A DNA stretch of 64,000 nucleotides from Candidatus Krumholzibacteriia bacterium (GTDB lineage: Bacteria; Krumholzibacteriota; Krumholzibacteriia; Krumholzibacteriales; Krumholzibacteriaceae). The DNA lies in NCBI GenBank assembly GCA_963836185.1, contig CAWIIQ010000001.1:1920001-1984000 (forward strand). Reading direction: 5' to 3'. The position numbers and the translations under genes were made by a program. Below the pieces are notes generated by a model, which saw nothing but the letters and a program-made list of their open reading frames with translations, did not search any database and had not been told where the DNA came from. Positions 40,564-51,900 of this stretch are shown here, in pieces (positions within the stretch are counted from its first letter, which is position 1; each line of letters begins with the position of its first letter).

Positions 40564-41687
40564 GACTCTCGATCGCATCGGTAATGGTAGCGGCTACCAT
40601 TACGCTACACACTCCCTCCCCCGCCGCCGCAGAGGTCCTTGATTACAGGTTCTCCGGCGAAGCATCGGGATGGGCGCTCGGTGCGCTGGCCGAGAGTGAG
40701 GACACGTGGAGCGCCGGCGTGAGATACATCCCCGCATTCTCGGTCAATACAGAGAGCAGCGGCGGAAACATACTCGACCTCTATATCTATCTCAATGCTT
40801 TCGCCGCCTCCTCCAGCATCGACGACTACGACGATTACAAGCTCGATCTCTACAGGCTTGTCCTGAGGTATGCGACAAACAGGACCGAGACGAGGATCGG
40901 GCTTCAGAAGATAGTATTCGGGCCCGCGATCATACTCAGGTCGCTGATGTGGTTCGACAGCATCGATCCGCGCGATCCCCAGCAGCTGACCGAAGGTGTC
41001 TACGCCCTCAGGTTCAGTTACGACGCGCTCGACAACTCGAGCCTCTGGCTCTGGGGCATCTATCCCGACGGAGAGAGAAAGGGGCTCGAGATAGTGCCGA
41101 GCGAGAAAGGCTACCCCGAGTTTGGAGGCCGTTATCTGCACCCCGTTCCGCGCGGGGAAATGGCGCTGACCTTCAACTCGAGGCAGGCGGAGATCCCCGG
41201 CACCGGCCTCGAATTCAGTGAGAACCGCTTAGCCATCGACGGCAAGTGGGATGTAGAGATCGGGATCTGGTTCGAGGCGGTAATGCAGCACCAGGACGAG
41301 GAGTTCATCCCGCTGCAGTGGCGCAAGATGCTCACGATTGGAACAGACTACACCTTCGGATTAGGCAACGGCCTCTACGTCGTTCTCGAGCATATGGGAA
41401 TATTCATGTCGGCTGACGCATGGGGCAGCGATGAGGATTACCAGACTTCGGCCTGGATGGTGAACTACCCGATCGGTTTTATCGACAATCTCTCAGCGAT
41501 AGGATATTACTCCTGGGAAGCGGAAAAATATTACCAGTACATCGCGTGGCAGCGGACATGGGACAACTGGATGCTGCACATTAGCGCATTCCACTATCCG
41601 GAGACAGATGTCTCGTTCAGCCCGTACGGCGAGGGGCCTCCCCTTGCGGGAACCGGCGGACAGCTATTAATAGTGTTCAATCATTAG
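40560..41687 (+). CDS. Exported putative outer-membrane beta-barrel protein
   Basis: Signal peptide, RIGLQKIVFG, FDSIDPRDP, aromatic strands, end QLLIVFNH; usual partner of LolA-like/ABC operons. Confidence 0.7.
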   Translation: MRLSIASVMVAATITLHTPSPAAAEVLDYRFSGEASGWALGALAESEDTWSAGVRYIPAFSVNTESSGGNILDLYIYLNAFAASSSIDDYDDYKLDLYRLVLRYATNRTETRIGLQKIVFGPAIILRSLMWFDSIDPRDPQQLTEGVYALRFSYDALDNSSLWLWGIYPDGERKGLEIVPSEKGYPEFGGRYLHPVPRGEMALTFNSRQAEIPGTGLEFSENRLAIDGKWDVEIGIWFEAVMQHQDEEFIPLQWRKMLTIGTDYTFGLGNGLYVVLEHMGIFMSADAWGSDEDYQTSAWMVNYPIGFIDNLSAIGYYSWEAEKYYQYIAWQRTWDNWMLHISAFHYPETDVSFSPYGEGPPLAGTGGQLLIVFNH

Positions 41688-41712
41688 ACGAATATCCAAA
41701 GGAAGGTGTTCG

Positions 41713-42435
41713 ATGAAGAACGGAAAACTGATAGAGACGATCGATCTCGTCAAGCAGTTCCCCGTCGGCGGCCGAAAGTTCACCGCGCTCAAGGATATCA
41801 ACCTCGAGGTAGAGCGAGGCGAATTTCTCGGTCTGGTCGGACCGAGCGGCTCGGGGAAGACGACCCTGCTTAACATCATCGGCGCACTCGACAAGCCTAC
41901 GAGCGGCAAGGCTGTCGTGATAGGGTTGGATACTTCGAGACTCAGCAGCAAGGAATCTGCGTTGCTGAGGAGCGAGCATCTCGGATTTATATTCCAGACG
42001 TACAACCTCCTCCCCGTCTACACCGTCTACGAGAACGTCGAGTTCCCACTCCTCCTTCTCAGCATGGAAGAGAAGAAACGGCGTGAGCTGGTAATGTCAG
42101 CTCTCGAGTGGGTCGGGCTCGGTGACAGGGTCAGGTCGAAACCTGCCACCCTCTCGGGAGGCGAGAGCCAGAGAGTGGCGATCGCGAGGGCGATGGTAAA
42201 ACGTCCGAAGCTGGTCCTTGCCGACGAACCGACGGCGAACCTTGACGCGGAGAACTCGTTCAACGTCCTCGATACGATGGTAAATCTCAACGAAGAACTC
42301 GAGACGACATTCGTGTTCGCGACGCACGACGATAAAGTGATCCGCTACCTGCGCCGCAGAATCACACTCAACGACGGTAAGATAGTCGAGGATATCACGA
42401 TGGAACCCTCACGCTCCGGACAGGGAGGTGCGTGA
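41713..42435 (+). CDS. ABC ATP-binding protein (LolD/MacB-like)
   Basis: GPSGSGKTT, GFIFQTYNL, LSGGESQRVAIARA, LADEPTANLD, THD. Confidence 0.96.
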   Translation: MKNGKLIETIDLVKQFPVGGRKFTALKDINLEVERGEFLGLVGPSGSGKTTLLNIIGALDKPTSGKAVVIGLDTSRLSSKESALLRSEHLGFIFQTYNLLPVYTVYENVEFPLLLLSMEEKKRRELVMSALEWVGLGDRVRSKPATLSGGESQRVAIARAMVKRPKLVLADEPTANLDAENSFNVLDTMVNLNEELETTFVFATHDDKVIRYLRRRITLNDGKIVEDITMEPSRSGQGGA

Positions 42436-43610
42436 TGCTCGTCTTCAAACTCGCGATGAGAAACATACTGGGGGCGGGATTGAGGACATGGCTCAACGTC
42501 ATCGTTCTCTCCCTCGCTTTTGTCTTCATTGTCTGGACACAGGGATTCATACAGGGGATGCAGGAGTACTCGCAGAGAGCGCTCATAGAAGCGGAAGTAG
42601 GAGGTGGCCAGTTCTGGCGGCCCGAGTACGACCAGTATGACCCCCTGACGCTCGAGGACAGTCACGCCCCTCTCTCCCCCTCCCTCGAGAAACTCGTGGA
42701 GAAGAGTGACGCGATGGCTGTGCTGATAACTATGGGCACGATATATCCCGAAGGAAGGGCGATGCCGGCACTGCTCAAGGGAATAGATCCGCGGCAGAAG
42801 ACCGTCAACGTCCCGGCGGGTGTCCTCGGCATGGAGAGCGACGGGGAGATCCCCGGGCTGATCGGTACGCGGATGGCAAAGGCGACGGGGCTTCGCAAGG
42901 GCGACTTCGTCACTGTCCGCTGGCGCGACATCGGGGGCACTTTCGACGCAGCTGATATAAGGATCGTGGAGGTGATGGCAGCGGAGATGCCTACCGTCGA
43001 CCAGGGACAGATATGGATACCTCTCGACCGGCTCAGGACTATGATGAACGCTCCCGGCGAGGCCACCATCGTCGTTGTCGACCTGGCAGCGACCATACCG
43101 GAAGCCGGCGGGGGATGGATCTTCAGGGACCAGGAGTTCATGCTCAAGGAGATCGTAGAGATGATCAAATCGAAGATGGTCGGGACCCTATTCATATACA
43201 CGCTCCTGCTGTTTATGGCTCTGATCGCGATCTTCGACACCCAGGTCCTTTCTATATGGAGAAGGCGAAAGGAAATGGGGACGATGATGGCTCTCGGGAT
43301 GGTCAGGACGAAGATCGTCGCTCTCTTTACCCTCGAAGGGGCCCTTCACGGCCTCCTCGCCGTAATCGTCGGGTCGGCGTACGGAATACCCATATTCATC
43401 CTCTCCTACAGGTACGGATTCCCGATGCCCGACGTAGTCGACGACTGGGGATTCGCGATACCGCAGAAACTCTATCCCAGCTACGGCGCGGCCCTCTTTC
43501 TCGGAACTACACTTCTCGTACTCATATCCGTGACTCTGGTGAGCTACATGCCGTCGGCGAAGATCTCTCGGCTCAAGCCGACCGACGCTCTGAGGGGGAA
43601 GATGACATGA
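42435..43610 (+). CDS. ABC permease, FtsX/LolC-E-like
   Basis: LAMRNI, large periplasmic loop, RRKEMGTMMALG, LKPTDALR. Confidence 0.92.
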   Translation: MLVFKLAMRNILGAGLRTWLNVIVLSLAFVFIVWTQGFIQGMQEYSQRALIEAEVGGGQFWRPEYDQYDPLTLEDSHAPLSPSLEKLVEKSDAMAVLITMGTIYPEGRAMPALLKGIDPRQKTVNVPAGVLGMESDGEIPGLIGTRMAKATGLRKGDFVTVRWRDIGGTFDAADIRIVEVMAAEMPTVDQGQIWIPLDRLRTMMNAPGEATIVVVDLAATIPEAGGGWIFRDQEFMLKEIVEMIKSKMVGTLFIYTLLLFMALIAIFDTQVLSIWRRRKEMGTMMALGMVRTKIVALFTLEGALHGLLAVIVGSAYGIPIFILSYRYGFPMPDVVDDWGFAIPQKLYPSYGAALFLGTTLLVLISVTLVSYMPSAKISRLKPTDALRGKMT

Positions 43611-44881
43611 TACGGCACCTGATGAAAGGCCTGGTCAGGGACAGGCACAGGAGTCTCTTCCCTGTGATGATAGTAGCTGCCGGCGTCTCGATCTCGATCC
43701 TGATGTTCTGCTTCATGGACGGGATGCTCGACGACATGATACGGAGCAGTGCACGTCTGGATACCGGGCACCTGAAGGTCGTCACTAAAGGATATAACGA
43801 GCTGATCTCTCAGCTGCCGAACGACCTTGCTGTCAGGGACTCCGACTCGCTGATCGGGCAGCTTCGCCGGGAATACCCCGGCATGGAGTGGACGGGCAGG
43901 ATAAAGTTCGGCGGGCTGCTCGACTTTCCCGACGAGAACGGAGAGACCAGGGCGCAGGGACCGGCCATGGGATTCGCTGCTGATCTGATCGGAGAGGGAT
44001 CGAAGGAGCCCGGAAGACTCCACCTCGAAAGCGCGCTCGTGCGGGGACGTCTCCCCTCCTCTCCAGGCGAGATCCTCGTAAGCGAGGAATTCGCTTCACG
44101 ACTCGGAGTGGAGACCGGGGAGACCGCGACACTCATCGGCTCTACAGCATACGGGAGCATGGCGGTGCACAACTTCGTGCTCGTCGGAACGGTCCGATTC
44201 GGGATCGCGCCTCTCGACCGCAACACGATAATAGCCGACATATCGGACGTGCAGTACGCTCTCGACATGGAGGGCGCCGTATCCGAGATACTTGGTTTCT
44301 ACCCCAATATGATATTCAACTCAGGAGACGCAACGGCGATGGCGAAGGCATTCAACGCGAAACAGGAAGATCAGGACGGCGAGATGACACCTGTCATGCT
44401 GACTCTCAGAGACCAGAACGGGCTCGGGATGATGCTCGACCTGGGGAAGATGAGATCGACGATAATAATTGCGATATTCATCTTCGTAATGTCGATAGTG
44501 CTATGGAACACGGGGCTCATGTCGGGAATAAGGCGGTACGGTGAATTCGGCGTACGCCTCGCTATCGGGGAATCGAAACGGCATGTTTACCTCACGCTCA
44601 TCGGCGAGGCGGTCCTCGTCGGCCTGACAGGCACCGCCATAGGAACGGTGACAGGACTCTCCTTCTCGTATTTCCTCCAGGAAGTCGGCTGGGATATCTC
44701 GGGGATGCTGCAGGGCTCATCTGTGATGATGTCGAACGTGATGCGAGCGAGGGTCTCCCTCGCCGGCGGTTTGATAGGCCTTATACCAGGGCTGGCCGCT
44801 ACGATCCTAGGAGCGTCCTTCTCGGGAGCGAATATATTCAGGAGACAGACCTCACAGCTTTTCAAAGAACTTGAGGTATAG
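43607..44881 (+). CDS. ABC permease, FtsX/LolC-E-like (second subunit)
   Basis: Real start MIRHLMKG at the ATGA overlap; TGHLKV, RYGEFGVRLAIG. Confidence 0.9.
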   Translation: MIRHLMKGLVRDRHRSLFPVMIVAAGVSISILMFCFMDGMLDDMIRSSARLDTGHLKVVTKGYNELISQLPNDLAVRDSDSLIGQLRREYPGMEWTGRIKFGGLLDFPDENGETRAQGPAMGFAADLIGEGSKEPGRLHLESALVRGRLPSSPGEILVSEEFASRLGVETGETATLIGSTAYGSMAVHNFVLVGTVRFGIAPLDRNTIIADISDVQYALDMEGAVSEILGFYPNMIFNSGDATAMAKAFNAKQEDQDGEMTPVMLTLRDQNGLGMMLDLGKMRSTIIIAIFIFVMSIVLWNTGLMSGIRRYGEFGVRLAIGESKRHVYLTLIGEAVLVGLTGTAIGTVTGLSFSYFLQEVGWDISGMLQGSSVMMSNVMRARVSLAGGLIGLIPGLAATILGASFSGANIFRRQTSQLFKELEV

Positions 44882-44914
44882 CCCATAACTGCCTGTAATA
44901 CAAGGAGTGCGGCG

Positions 44915-45664
44915 ATGTACAGATTAGCAGCATGGATTCTCTTGATACTTGCGATACCATGCGCCTCGCCTGCGGAGGAATACCCCGACGGCAGAGAAGT
45001 CCTGAGAAAAGTCGATGAAAACCTCGTTCTCGACCAGGCGACCGGGGTCTCTATAATGGTTATTCACGCCCGCAGTGGAACGCGCACTGTCAAGTCGCGG
45101 TTCTGGGTCAGGGGACAGGACGAATCTTATGTCGAATACCTCTCCCCCGCTCGGGAACGCGGCAAGAAGATGCTCAAGCTCAGCGACAAGCTCTGGACCT
45201 ATGCTCCCGAACCGGCCGACAGGATCATCACCATCTCGGGGCATCTTCTCCGCCAATCGGTGATGGGATCGGATCTATCGTACGAGGACATGATGGAGAA
45301 CAACAGGCTCGAAGAGCTGTACGATGCGGAAGTAACAGGAGTCGAAGAGATCGATGGAAGGGAATGCTGGGTCATCACGATGGTAGCAAAGGGCGAAGAT
45401 GTCGCCTATCACTCGCGGAAAGTCTGGGTAGACAGAAATCGGTATCTCCCTCTGAGAGAGGAACGCTTCGCGAAGAGCGGGCGCCTGCTCAAGACGACTG
45501 AGATCAAGGAAGCTCTGCAGGTCGAAGACAGATGGTACATGAAGAGAGCGGTCTTCAAGGATATGCTCTCAAGCGGTGAAGGGACCGAGTATATCATCGA
45601 AGAGATCGATTTCGACGTGGATATCCCAGATCACGTCTTCACGAGGGCCTCACTCAGGAAGTAG
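44915..45664 (+). CDS. LolA-like outer-membrane lipoprotein-sorting protein
   Basis: Signal peptide, EYLSPARERGKKML, QSVMGSDLSYED, SGRLLKT, FTRASLR. Confidence 0.9.
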   Translation: MYRLAAWILLILAIPCASPAEEYPDGREVLRKVDENLVLDQATGVSIMVIHARSGTRTVKSRFWVRGQDESYVEYLSPARERGKKMLKLSDKLWTYAPEPADRIITISGHLLRQSVMGSDLSYEDMMENNRLEELYDAEVTGVEEIDGRECWVITMVAKGEDVAYHSRKVWVDRNRYLPLREERFAKSGRLLKTTEIKEALQVEDRWYMKRAVFKDMLSSGEGTEYIIEEIDFDVDIPDHVFTRASLRK

Positions 45665-47001
45665 GTTTGTCGACTGTCCTGACCCAGAGATAGTAGACCG
45701 GTATCCCGGCCGCGACAGTCACGATAGCGGCCGACGACTCCATCGGCCTGTTGATGAAGGCGACCACCATCAGCGCGAGTGTGAAAACGAGGAAGAAGAG
45801 CGGCAGGAAAGGATAACCCGGCACTTTCACCACACCCTGCTCTCCTACCGACCTTCTCCTCGCAATAAAGAGACCCGCTACAGCGAGCCACGGGAATATA
45901 CCGAGCGCGTACCCCAGGTACAGCAGAAGCTGCTCGAAAGAACCGATTGCGACCATCAGTACAGCCAGTGCGCCCTGTATCAGGATCGACCTTCCCGGTA
46001 CTCCGTACTTCGGGTGGACCTTCGCCGCAAAGGGAAGAAAGAGCCTGTCCCTGGCCATGGCGAAATAGACGCGCGGCCCGACGATGATATAGGCGCTCAG
46101 AGATGAAAGAAGGGCCAGGCCGACCATGATGCTCAGCCCCCGCCCCATCCACTCTCCGAAAGTCCTCACTGACGCCTTCTCCACGATGGCTATCGTGCCC
46201 TGTACCTCCGAGAAAGGCAGTGCGTGGAGGATAAAGGTATTTACCAGCAGATACAGGACTATCACTATCCCGGTCCCCACAGCCAGCGAGAGAGGCAGCG
46301 TCCTTTTCGGGTCGCGGACTTCTCCGGCCACATATGAAGTGGCGTTCCACCCGCTGTATGAAAACATCACGAGCATCATCGCGGTCCCCACCCCGAGCCA
46401 GCCTCCGCTCGAGATCCCGCTGCCGAGCAGTCCACTCCCCGCCTCCACCCAGGGCGATGCCTGTCGCAGCAAGTCCGGCGACAATGACGACCTTTATCAC
46501 GGTCAGGATATTCTGGACCTTGCCGCCCTTCTTCAGGCCGAAATAGTGAAGCGCTGTAAATAGGACGATGACGGCTGCCGCCGAGCCTTTTTTCATCATG
46601 GTGAAGATCGCCGGATCGACCGCTTCGAAACGTCCATTGAGGCCGGCGAATATATACTCCGAGAATCCCATCGCCGAAGCGGCGATCGCGGCAGTGAAGC
46701 CGACGAAGAAACTCGTCCAGCCGGTAAGGAACCCGAGCGATGGATGGAAGAGCCTGCTGAGGTAGAGGTACTCCCCTCCCTCATCCGGCATCCTCGTGGC
46801 AAGTTCGGCGTAACAGAGGGCTCCGGCCATCGCGATCATGCCTCCGAGGACCCAGCACCCAAGTACCCACCCGGGGCCGGGCAGGAAGCCCGAAATGATC
46901 CCGGACGCGGTGAATATCCCGGCGCCTACCATGTTCGCAACGACTATGCTCGTCGCTGTGAACAGTCCCATCTCCCGCCGTACCTTTATTCCGTTCTGCA
47001 T
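45654..47001 (-). CDS. APC-family amino acid permease (frameshift near 46430)
   Basis: NMVGAGIF, YAELATRMPDEGGEY, FSYSGWN, GPRVYFAMARD, VPGYP. Confidence 0.92.
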
Positions 47002-47013
47002 ATGTTCCTGTTC

Positions 47014-47665
47014 TTAAAACCTGTTTCTCGGGATGAAGATGTTTATGTTGTCCTTCTCGAGGAAGGTCTCGATGCCGACAAGGTAGAATCCACCTCTGTA
47101 CGCCTCGTCTATCAGCTCGTTCTGATGCTTGCAGTGCCACTGCGCTTCTTCGCCGTACTTGTCCCAGTCGTGCTCTATTATGACGAGCCTGCCGTCCGGC
47201 TTCAGGCTTGGGATCACATTCTTCAGCAGAGCGACCGGATCCTCGAAATGATGATACGAATTGATCACGTAGACTGAGATCGAACTTGCCTTCCGGAAGG
47301 CGGGGATCGGTCACCTCGCCGAGAATCGTCTCGATATTGCCGATACCGTCCCGCTCGCACCTCTCGCGCAGGTAGGCGAGATCATCGGCGGAGATGTCGT
47401 TGGCGTAGACCCTGCCCTTTTCCCCGACGCGCTCTGCCATCTGAACGGCATACCTGCCGCGGCCCGCGCCTATCTCGGCGATCGTCATCCCGGGGACCAC
47501 ACCTATTGCGTCCATCACCTTGTCGGCAGGCTGCGCTTTGTTGTGCCGCTCCTCCCACTTGTCCTCCTCGTGATACTGGCAGTACGCCGGGGGCGCGGCT
47601 GCTGAGAGAATCACAGATACCGTGATCACGGCGAGGGCCGCGGTAAATATCGATCTTCTCATCAT
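47014..47665 (-). CDS. Class I SAM-dependent methyltransferase with signal peptide (frameshift near 47275)
   Basis: Signal peptide, IAEIGAGRG, YANDI, INSYHHF, LKPDGRLVIIE. Confidence 0.88.
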
Positions 47666-47818
47666 CTCGTCTCCTTCCCGGGGTCAGTTATGTTATTCAT
47701 TATAACGTCGCAGTGCGAATAATGTTCCTTTCTGTTTGATTATTGATTTTTTTCAGGAACAGTTTTGTCTTCTTGTGCGTAACATATTCTGGTCACTGTC
47801 TTACCGAAAGGAGACCCG

Positions 47819-48772
47819 ATGTCGAAGATCGCAGTCCTGGCCCTTACCCTCCTGATGCTTTTACCCCTCTCCGGAGCATGGGCGCAGGAGGAAGAGATCC
47901 CCGATCCATCCGCGTATCTCGAGATGAAAGAGAAATTCGACGCGGAGATGAAATCGCAGGATTATGCAGCGGCGCTCAAGACCGCCGAAGAGATAAACGA
48001 GGTCGTCTGGCCCGTCCAGTGGGAGGCGATGTACAACACGGCAAGGGCGTACAGTCTCGCCGGCGACAGGCGGAAGGCGTACGAGTACCTTTACTGGGCG
48101 ATCGATTCGGGATACTGGGACGCGAGGACGATGATGGAGGACGAGGCCTTTGCCGGCATCAGGGAGGAAAAGCTCTTCAAAAAGCTCGCCCGTTCGGCTC
48201 GAGCGAACGGCTATATCTGGATGCTCGAGCGAGAGGGCCGCGAGGAGTTCCAGAAACCTCAGCAGGTCATGGATGCATTCGAGCTAAGGCCCGGGATGAA
48301 GGTAGCGGACGTCGGATGCGGCTCGGGATATTTCACCGTCAAGATAGCCGGCGAGATCGGCCCCGAAGGCAAGGTATGGGCTATCGACGCATGGCAGGAT
48401 ATGCTCGACTACCTCGACAGAAGGGTCCAGATAGAAGGGCTCGAGAATGTCGAGCTGATCAAGGTCGAGCGGGACGACCCGCAGATACCTGAAGGCAGCG
48501 CCGACCTGATCCTTATGGTCGACGTCTATCATTATATCAAGGAAAGGGTGGCCTACGGCGAGCAGCTCCTGAAAGGGCTCGCGCCCGGCGGCCGTCTCAT
48601 AGTACTCGATTACATCCCCAAATCACTCGAAGAGCGCCCCTGGGGACCTCCTCCGAGCCAGCATATGTCCGAGGAGGAGCTGACCGCAGATCTCGAGAAA
48701 GCCGGATTCAGGAAGGTCAAGCAGCACGACTTCCTGCCCGAGCAGTATTTCGTCATTTACGAGGCAAAATAA
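47819..48772 (+). CDS. TPR plus class I SAM-dependent methyltransferase with signal peptide
   Basis: Signal peptide (AWA-QEE), YNTARAYSLAG TPR, REEFQKP, VADVGCGSGYF, VDVYHY, LAPGGRL. Confidence 0.9.
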   Translation: MSKIAVLALTLLMLLPLSGAWAQEEEIPDPSAYLEMKEKFDAEMKSQDYAAALKTAEEINEVVWPVQWEAMYNTARAYSLAGDRRKAYEYLYWAIDSGYWDARTMMEDEAFAGIREEKLFKKLARSARANGYIWMLEREGREEFQKPQQVMDAFELRPGMKVADVGCGSGYFTVKIAGEIGPEGKVWAIDAWQDMLDYLDRRVQIEGLENVELIKVERDDPQIPEGSADLILMVDVYHYIKERVAYGEQLLKGLAPGGRLIVLDYIPKSLEERPWGPPPSQHMSEEELTADLEKAGFRKVKQHDFLPEQYFVIYEAK

Positions 48773-48797
48773 GTCAATTCAGGATAAGTGATCGATG

Positions 48798-48829
48798 ATG
48801 GAGCGGCCGCCCGGTGCCGCTCCATTTTT
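48798..48829 (+). terminator. Intrinsic terminator
   Basis: ATGGAGCGGC / GCCGCTCCAT followed by TTTT. Confidence 0.85.
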
Positions 48830-48938
48830 GTCATGTTTATTCTTGCGCAGTTCCGGATATCGGGGTAAACTCCCGGCAAGTTGAATCCGCTCCGGCATCA
48901 GCCGGGGAAAAAGAACAATAATCGATGAAAGCTTCGAG

Positions 48939-51900
48939 ATGCGCCGGATAGCACTCCTTATCCTGCTCTTTTCTATTTTCGCCGCACTGGTGCTGGCCAG
49001 GCCGTTCAATACACCTGTTATCGACGGGACCATCACGGGCGACGGCATCGACTGGGAAGCCGACGAACTTCAGGTCGACGACCCCCCTGTCGGCGCGGAC
49101 TGGGGCCCCAACCAGATCGAACAACTCTGGGTCACATACGACTCCCTCGCCCTCTATATAGGGGTCAACTACGAAGTCAGCGATAACGCGATGGTCGTCT
49201 ACATCGCCGCCGGTACAGGGACCGGAGCGCAGGACGTCAGCGGGATCGACTGGTACGCGAGAAACTTCGATTTCTCCGACGGCGTCCTGGCCGACTTCCT
49301 GATTGCGGGCTGGAACGGGAGCGATCTCGGGATAAGAAGGATCCTCGACCCGGCCACTACCGATGACATAACGAGCCTCTGCGAGAACGCCAATCTCAGG
49401 CAGAGCCCAACCGGTTTCTTCTACAACGGCGAGATAAGGATCCCCTGGGACGTGATCTACGGCAGCGATCCGGGAACGGTCCCGGCAGGGTCAGAGATCA
49501 GGATCGTCGCTGTCATCGCGGGCGGTGACGGCTGGAACGGCCCGAGTTCCGCACCGTATAATGACGGGATGGACGGCTCGGGAGCCAAGACTACACTGAT
49601 CAACATGCATACCGTGTATGTCGACATGAACGGCGACGGTATCCCCGACGCCGGCGAGGGCACGATATCCGGAGATGTACAGCTCGAAGACGCGGGCGAC
49701 CTGACGACAGTCAGCCTCCGTCGAGCTCTTCAGTGAATTCAACGACATGCGGATCGACTCTACCGCCACCGCGCCTGGCGGAGGGGCGTATATCTTCGAA
49801 AAACTGGTGGACGGCGATTACCGGGTCGAGGCATCGGCTCCCGGATACGCCAGGATCAAGCAGCCGGGCGTTATCGTCGAGGACGGCGCGAACGTGGCCG
49901 GCGTTGACATTCTTCTGACAAGGGCCGGAAAGATCACTGGTACTGTCTTATACACAGACGGCCCTGGTGTCGAAGGTATAGTCGCTGCCTATGACTCTGT
50001 GACCGGCATACTCGCCGGCGATGGAGAGAAGGATATCCCTCCCGCTGGAGGCCCCTTCGAGATCCAGGTCCCGGACGGGACCTACTACGTCATAGCCGAA
50101 GGTACGGGATACATATCCGATACACTCTCGGTAGTAATCACTGACAGCGACAGCATACATGTCGGCGACATCTCTCTCAGTTCGGTCAAGGCTACCAAGC
50201 TCGTGCTGATCGATCCTCTCGGCAGCGAGCTGGAGAGCGTCAACACAACTGTCAGCTTCCCCGACTCAGGGATCTTCTTCTACGCTTCGGCCCTGATAGA
50301 GGCGCGTGACGATCTGGACAGGCGCGACTGGTACGATGTAGACGGGTATCTGCAGCAGGTAGAGCTCCGGGCCACAAAACTGAACAACACTACGCCTCCC
50401 AGAGGGAACGTCAACTTCTATGATCCGGCCGATACGACGGAGATCACAAACCTCGCTCTTGTGGATGGCCGTGGAAACTTCCTTATCAACGATGACGCTA
50501 TAGAAGTGCTGAGAATATTCACCGAAGCACCCGCAGGCGCTGCCGATACTATCAGCGGCAGGTTCAAGTTCGGCATCAGGTCGGCTGAGCCCGAGTTCTT
50601 CGCGATCGAGATCCTCGACACGATGCTCGTCGCCGATGGTGTCGAAGAGATAACGGTATACGGAAGGCTCCTCGATGTGAGCGGCAACCCCGTACTCCTT
50701 CCTCTGGTCGGGGTAAGCTTCCTGCTCAAGGATACTTCGACCGGTGATGGAGCCTTTACAATCCCTTCAGTGGTAACCAACGCCGATGGTGAAGCGACTA
50801 CCACGATGACAGCTACTGGCGCCGGAATACTGGACGTTACCGCTGCAGTGACCTGGCAGAACAAGGAACTCGTCATCCTCGGGAAAGATGAGACAGACTT
50901 CGTGCCGGTGACGGCCCTTCCGGGACCTGCGGCAGCTATACAGCTGTCGCTGCCGGCGGACGTCGTAGGGTTCGGCGAGGATCTCGAAGTCGTGGCCCAG
51001 CTCGTCGACCAGTTCGGAAACAGCGTCTCTGAATCAGGGTACAACATCGCCTTTACCGCAGCTCCCATGGATGCGGGAACGGTAGCGCCGGAGTTCGTCG
51101 ATCTCGATGAGACAGGGCGGGGAGTCACAGTGTTCACCGCCGGCGACAGCAGGGATATCGTCAGGATATCAGCCGTCTCTACTCCTTCGCTCCCGATCAA
51201 TGACGTCTCGTTCATCATCGATCAGATAACGACCATTTCAGATCCACCGTTCCCCGAGCCCGACCCGGCCCACCAGTCCCTCGAGGCTATGGACCTGACC
51301 AAGGTACTCGTCAGCAACGACGCGGAAGCCCTGCAGTTCCAGATCCGCTTCAATACCGGGTGGGATGGCGCGCACCTGGTCCTCCTTATCGAGACAGGAA
51401 ACGACGCGGCGGGATCTACAATAGATCCGTTTGAGTTCCCCGTGACCTATGCCCATGACCTGCTGCCCGAATACGCGTTCACCTTCAAGTATTCCTCTGA
51501 CGATTACTCCGACATGAGGCGCTGGTCCGGCAGTGAATGGGAGTGGTGGGACGCGGACGGAAAGGCCTGGATCCCTACATCGGGCACCTGGGTCGAAGGC
51601 ATAAATGTGCAGGGCGACTGGACCGAAAAGGGAGCGGACTGGGTGATCTTCACCATCCCGTACGATTTTCTCGAAGGAAACATCCCTTCGACGATGCGGT
51701 TCCAGGTATACCTCACTCAGGATGCGGATGTAAAAAGGTCGGCATTCGATTCGGCGCCTCACGACTCGACGCTGAATCTCGATTTTGATCCGGACAACCC
51801 GGATATCGACTGGACGATAGCGGAGCAGAACATCGACCTGCATCACTACTCCGCCGACTACGTCATCCAGGGCGACTTCCCCCCCGCTCCTCTTCTCTCG

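Noticed and set aside
43013-43606. N-terminal 198 aa of the 622-aa ORF
   Set aside because: Off-frame overlap with the first permease; the real start is 43607.
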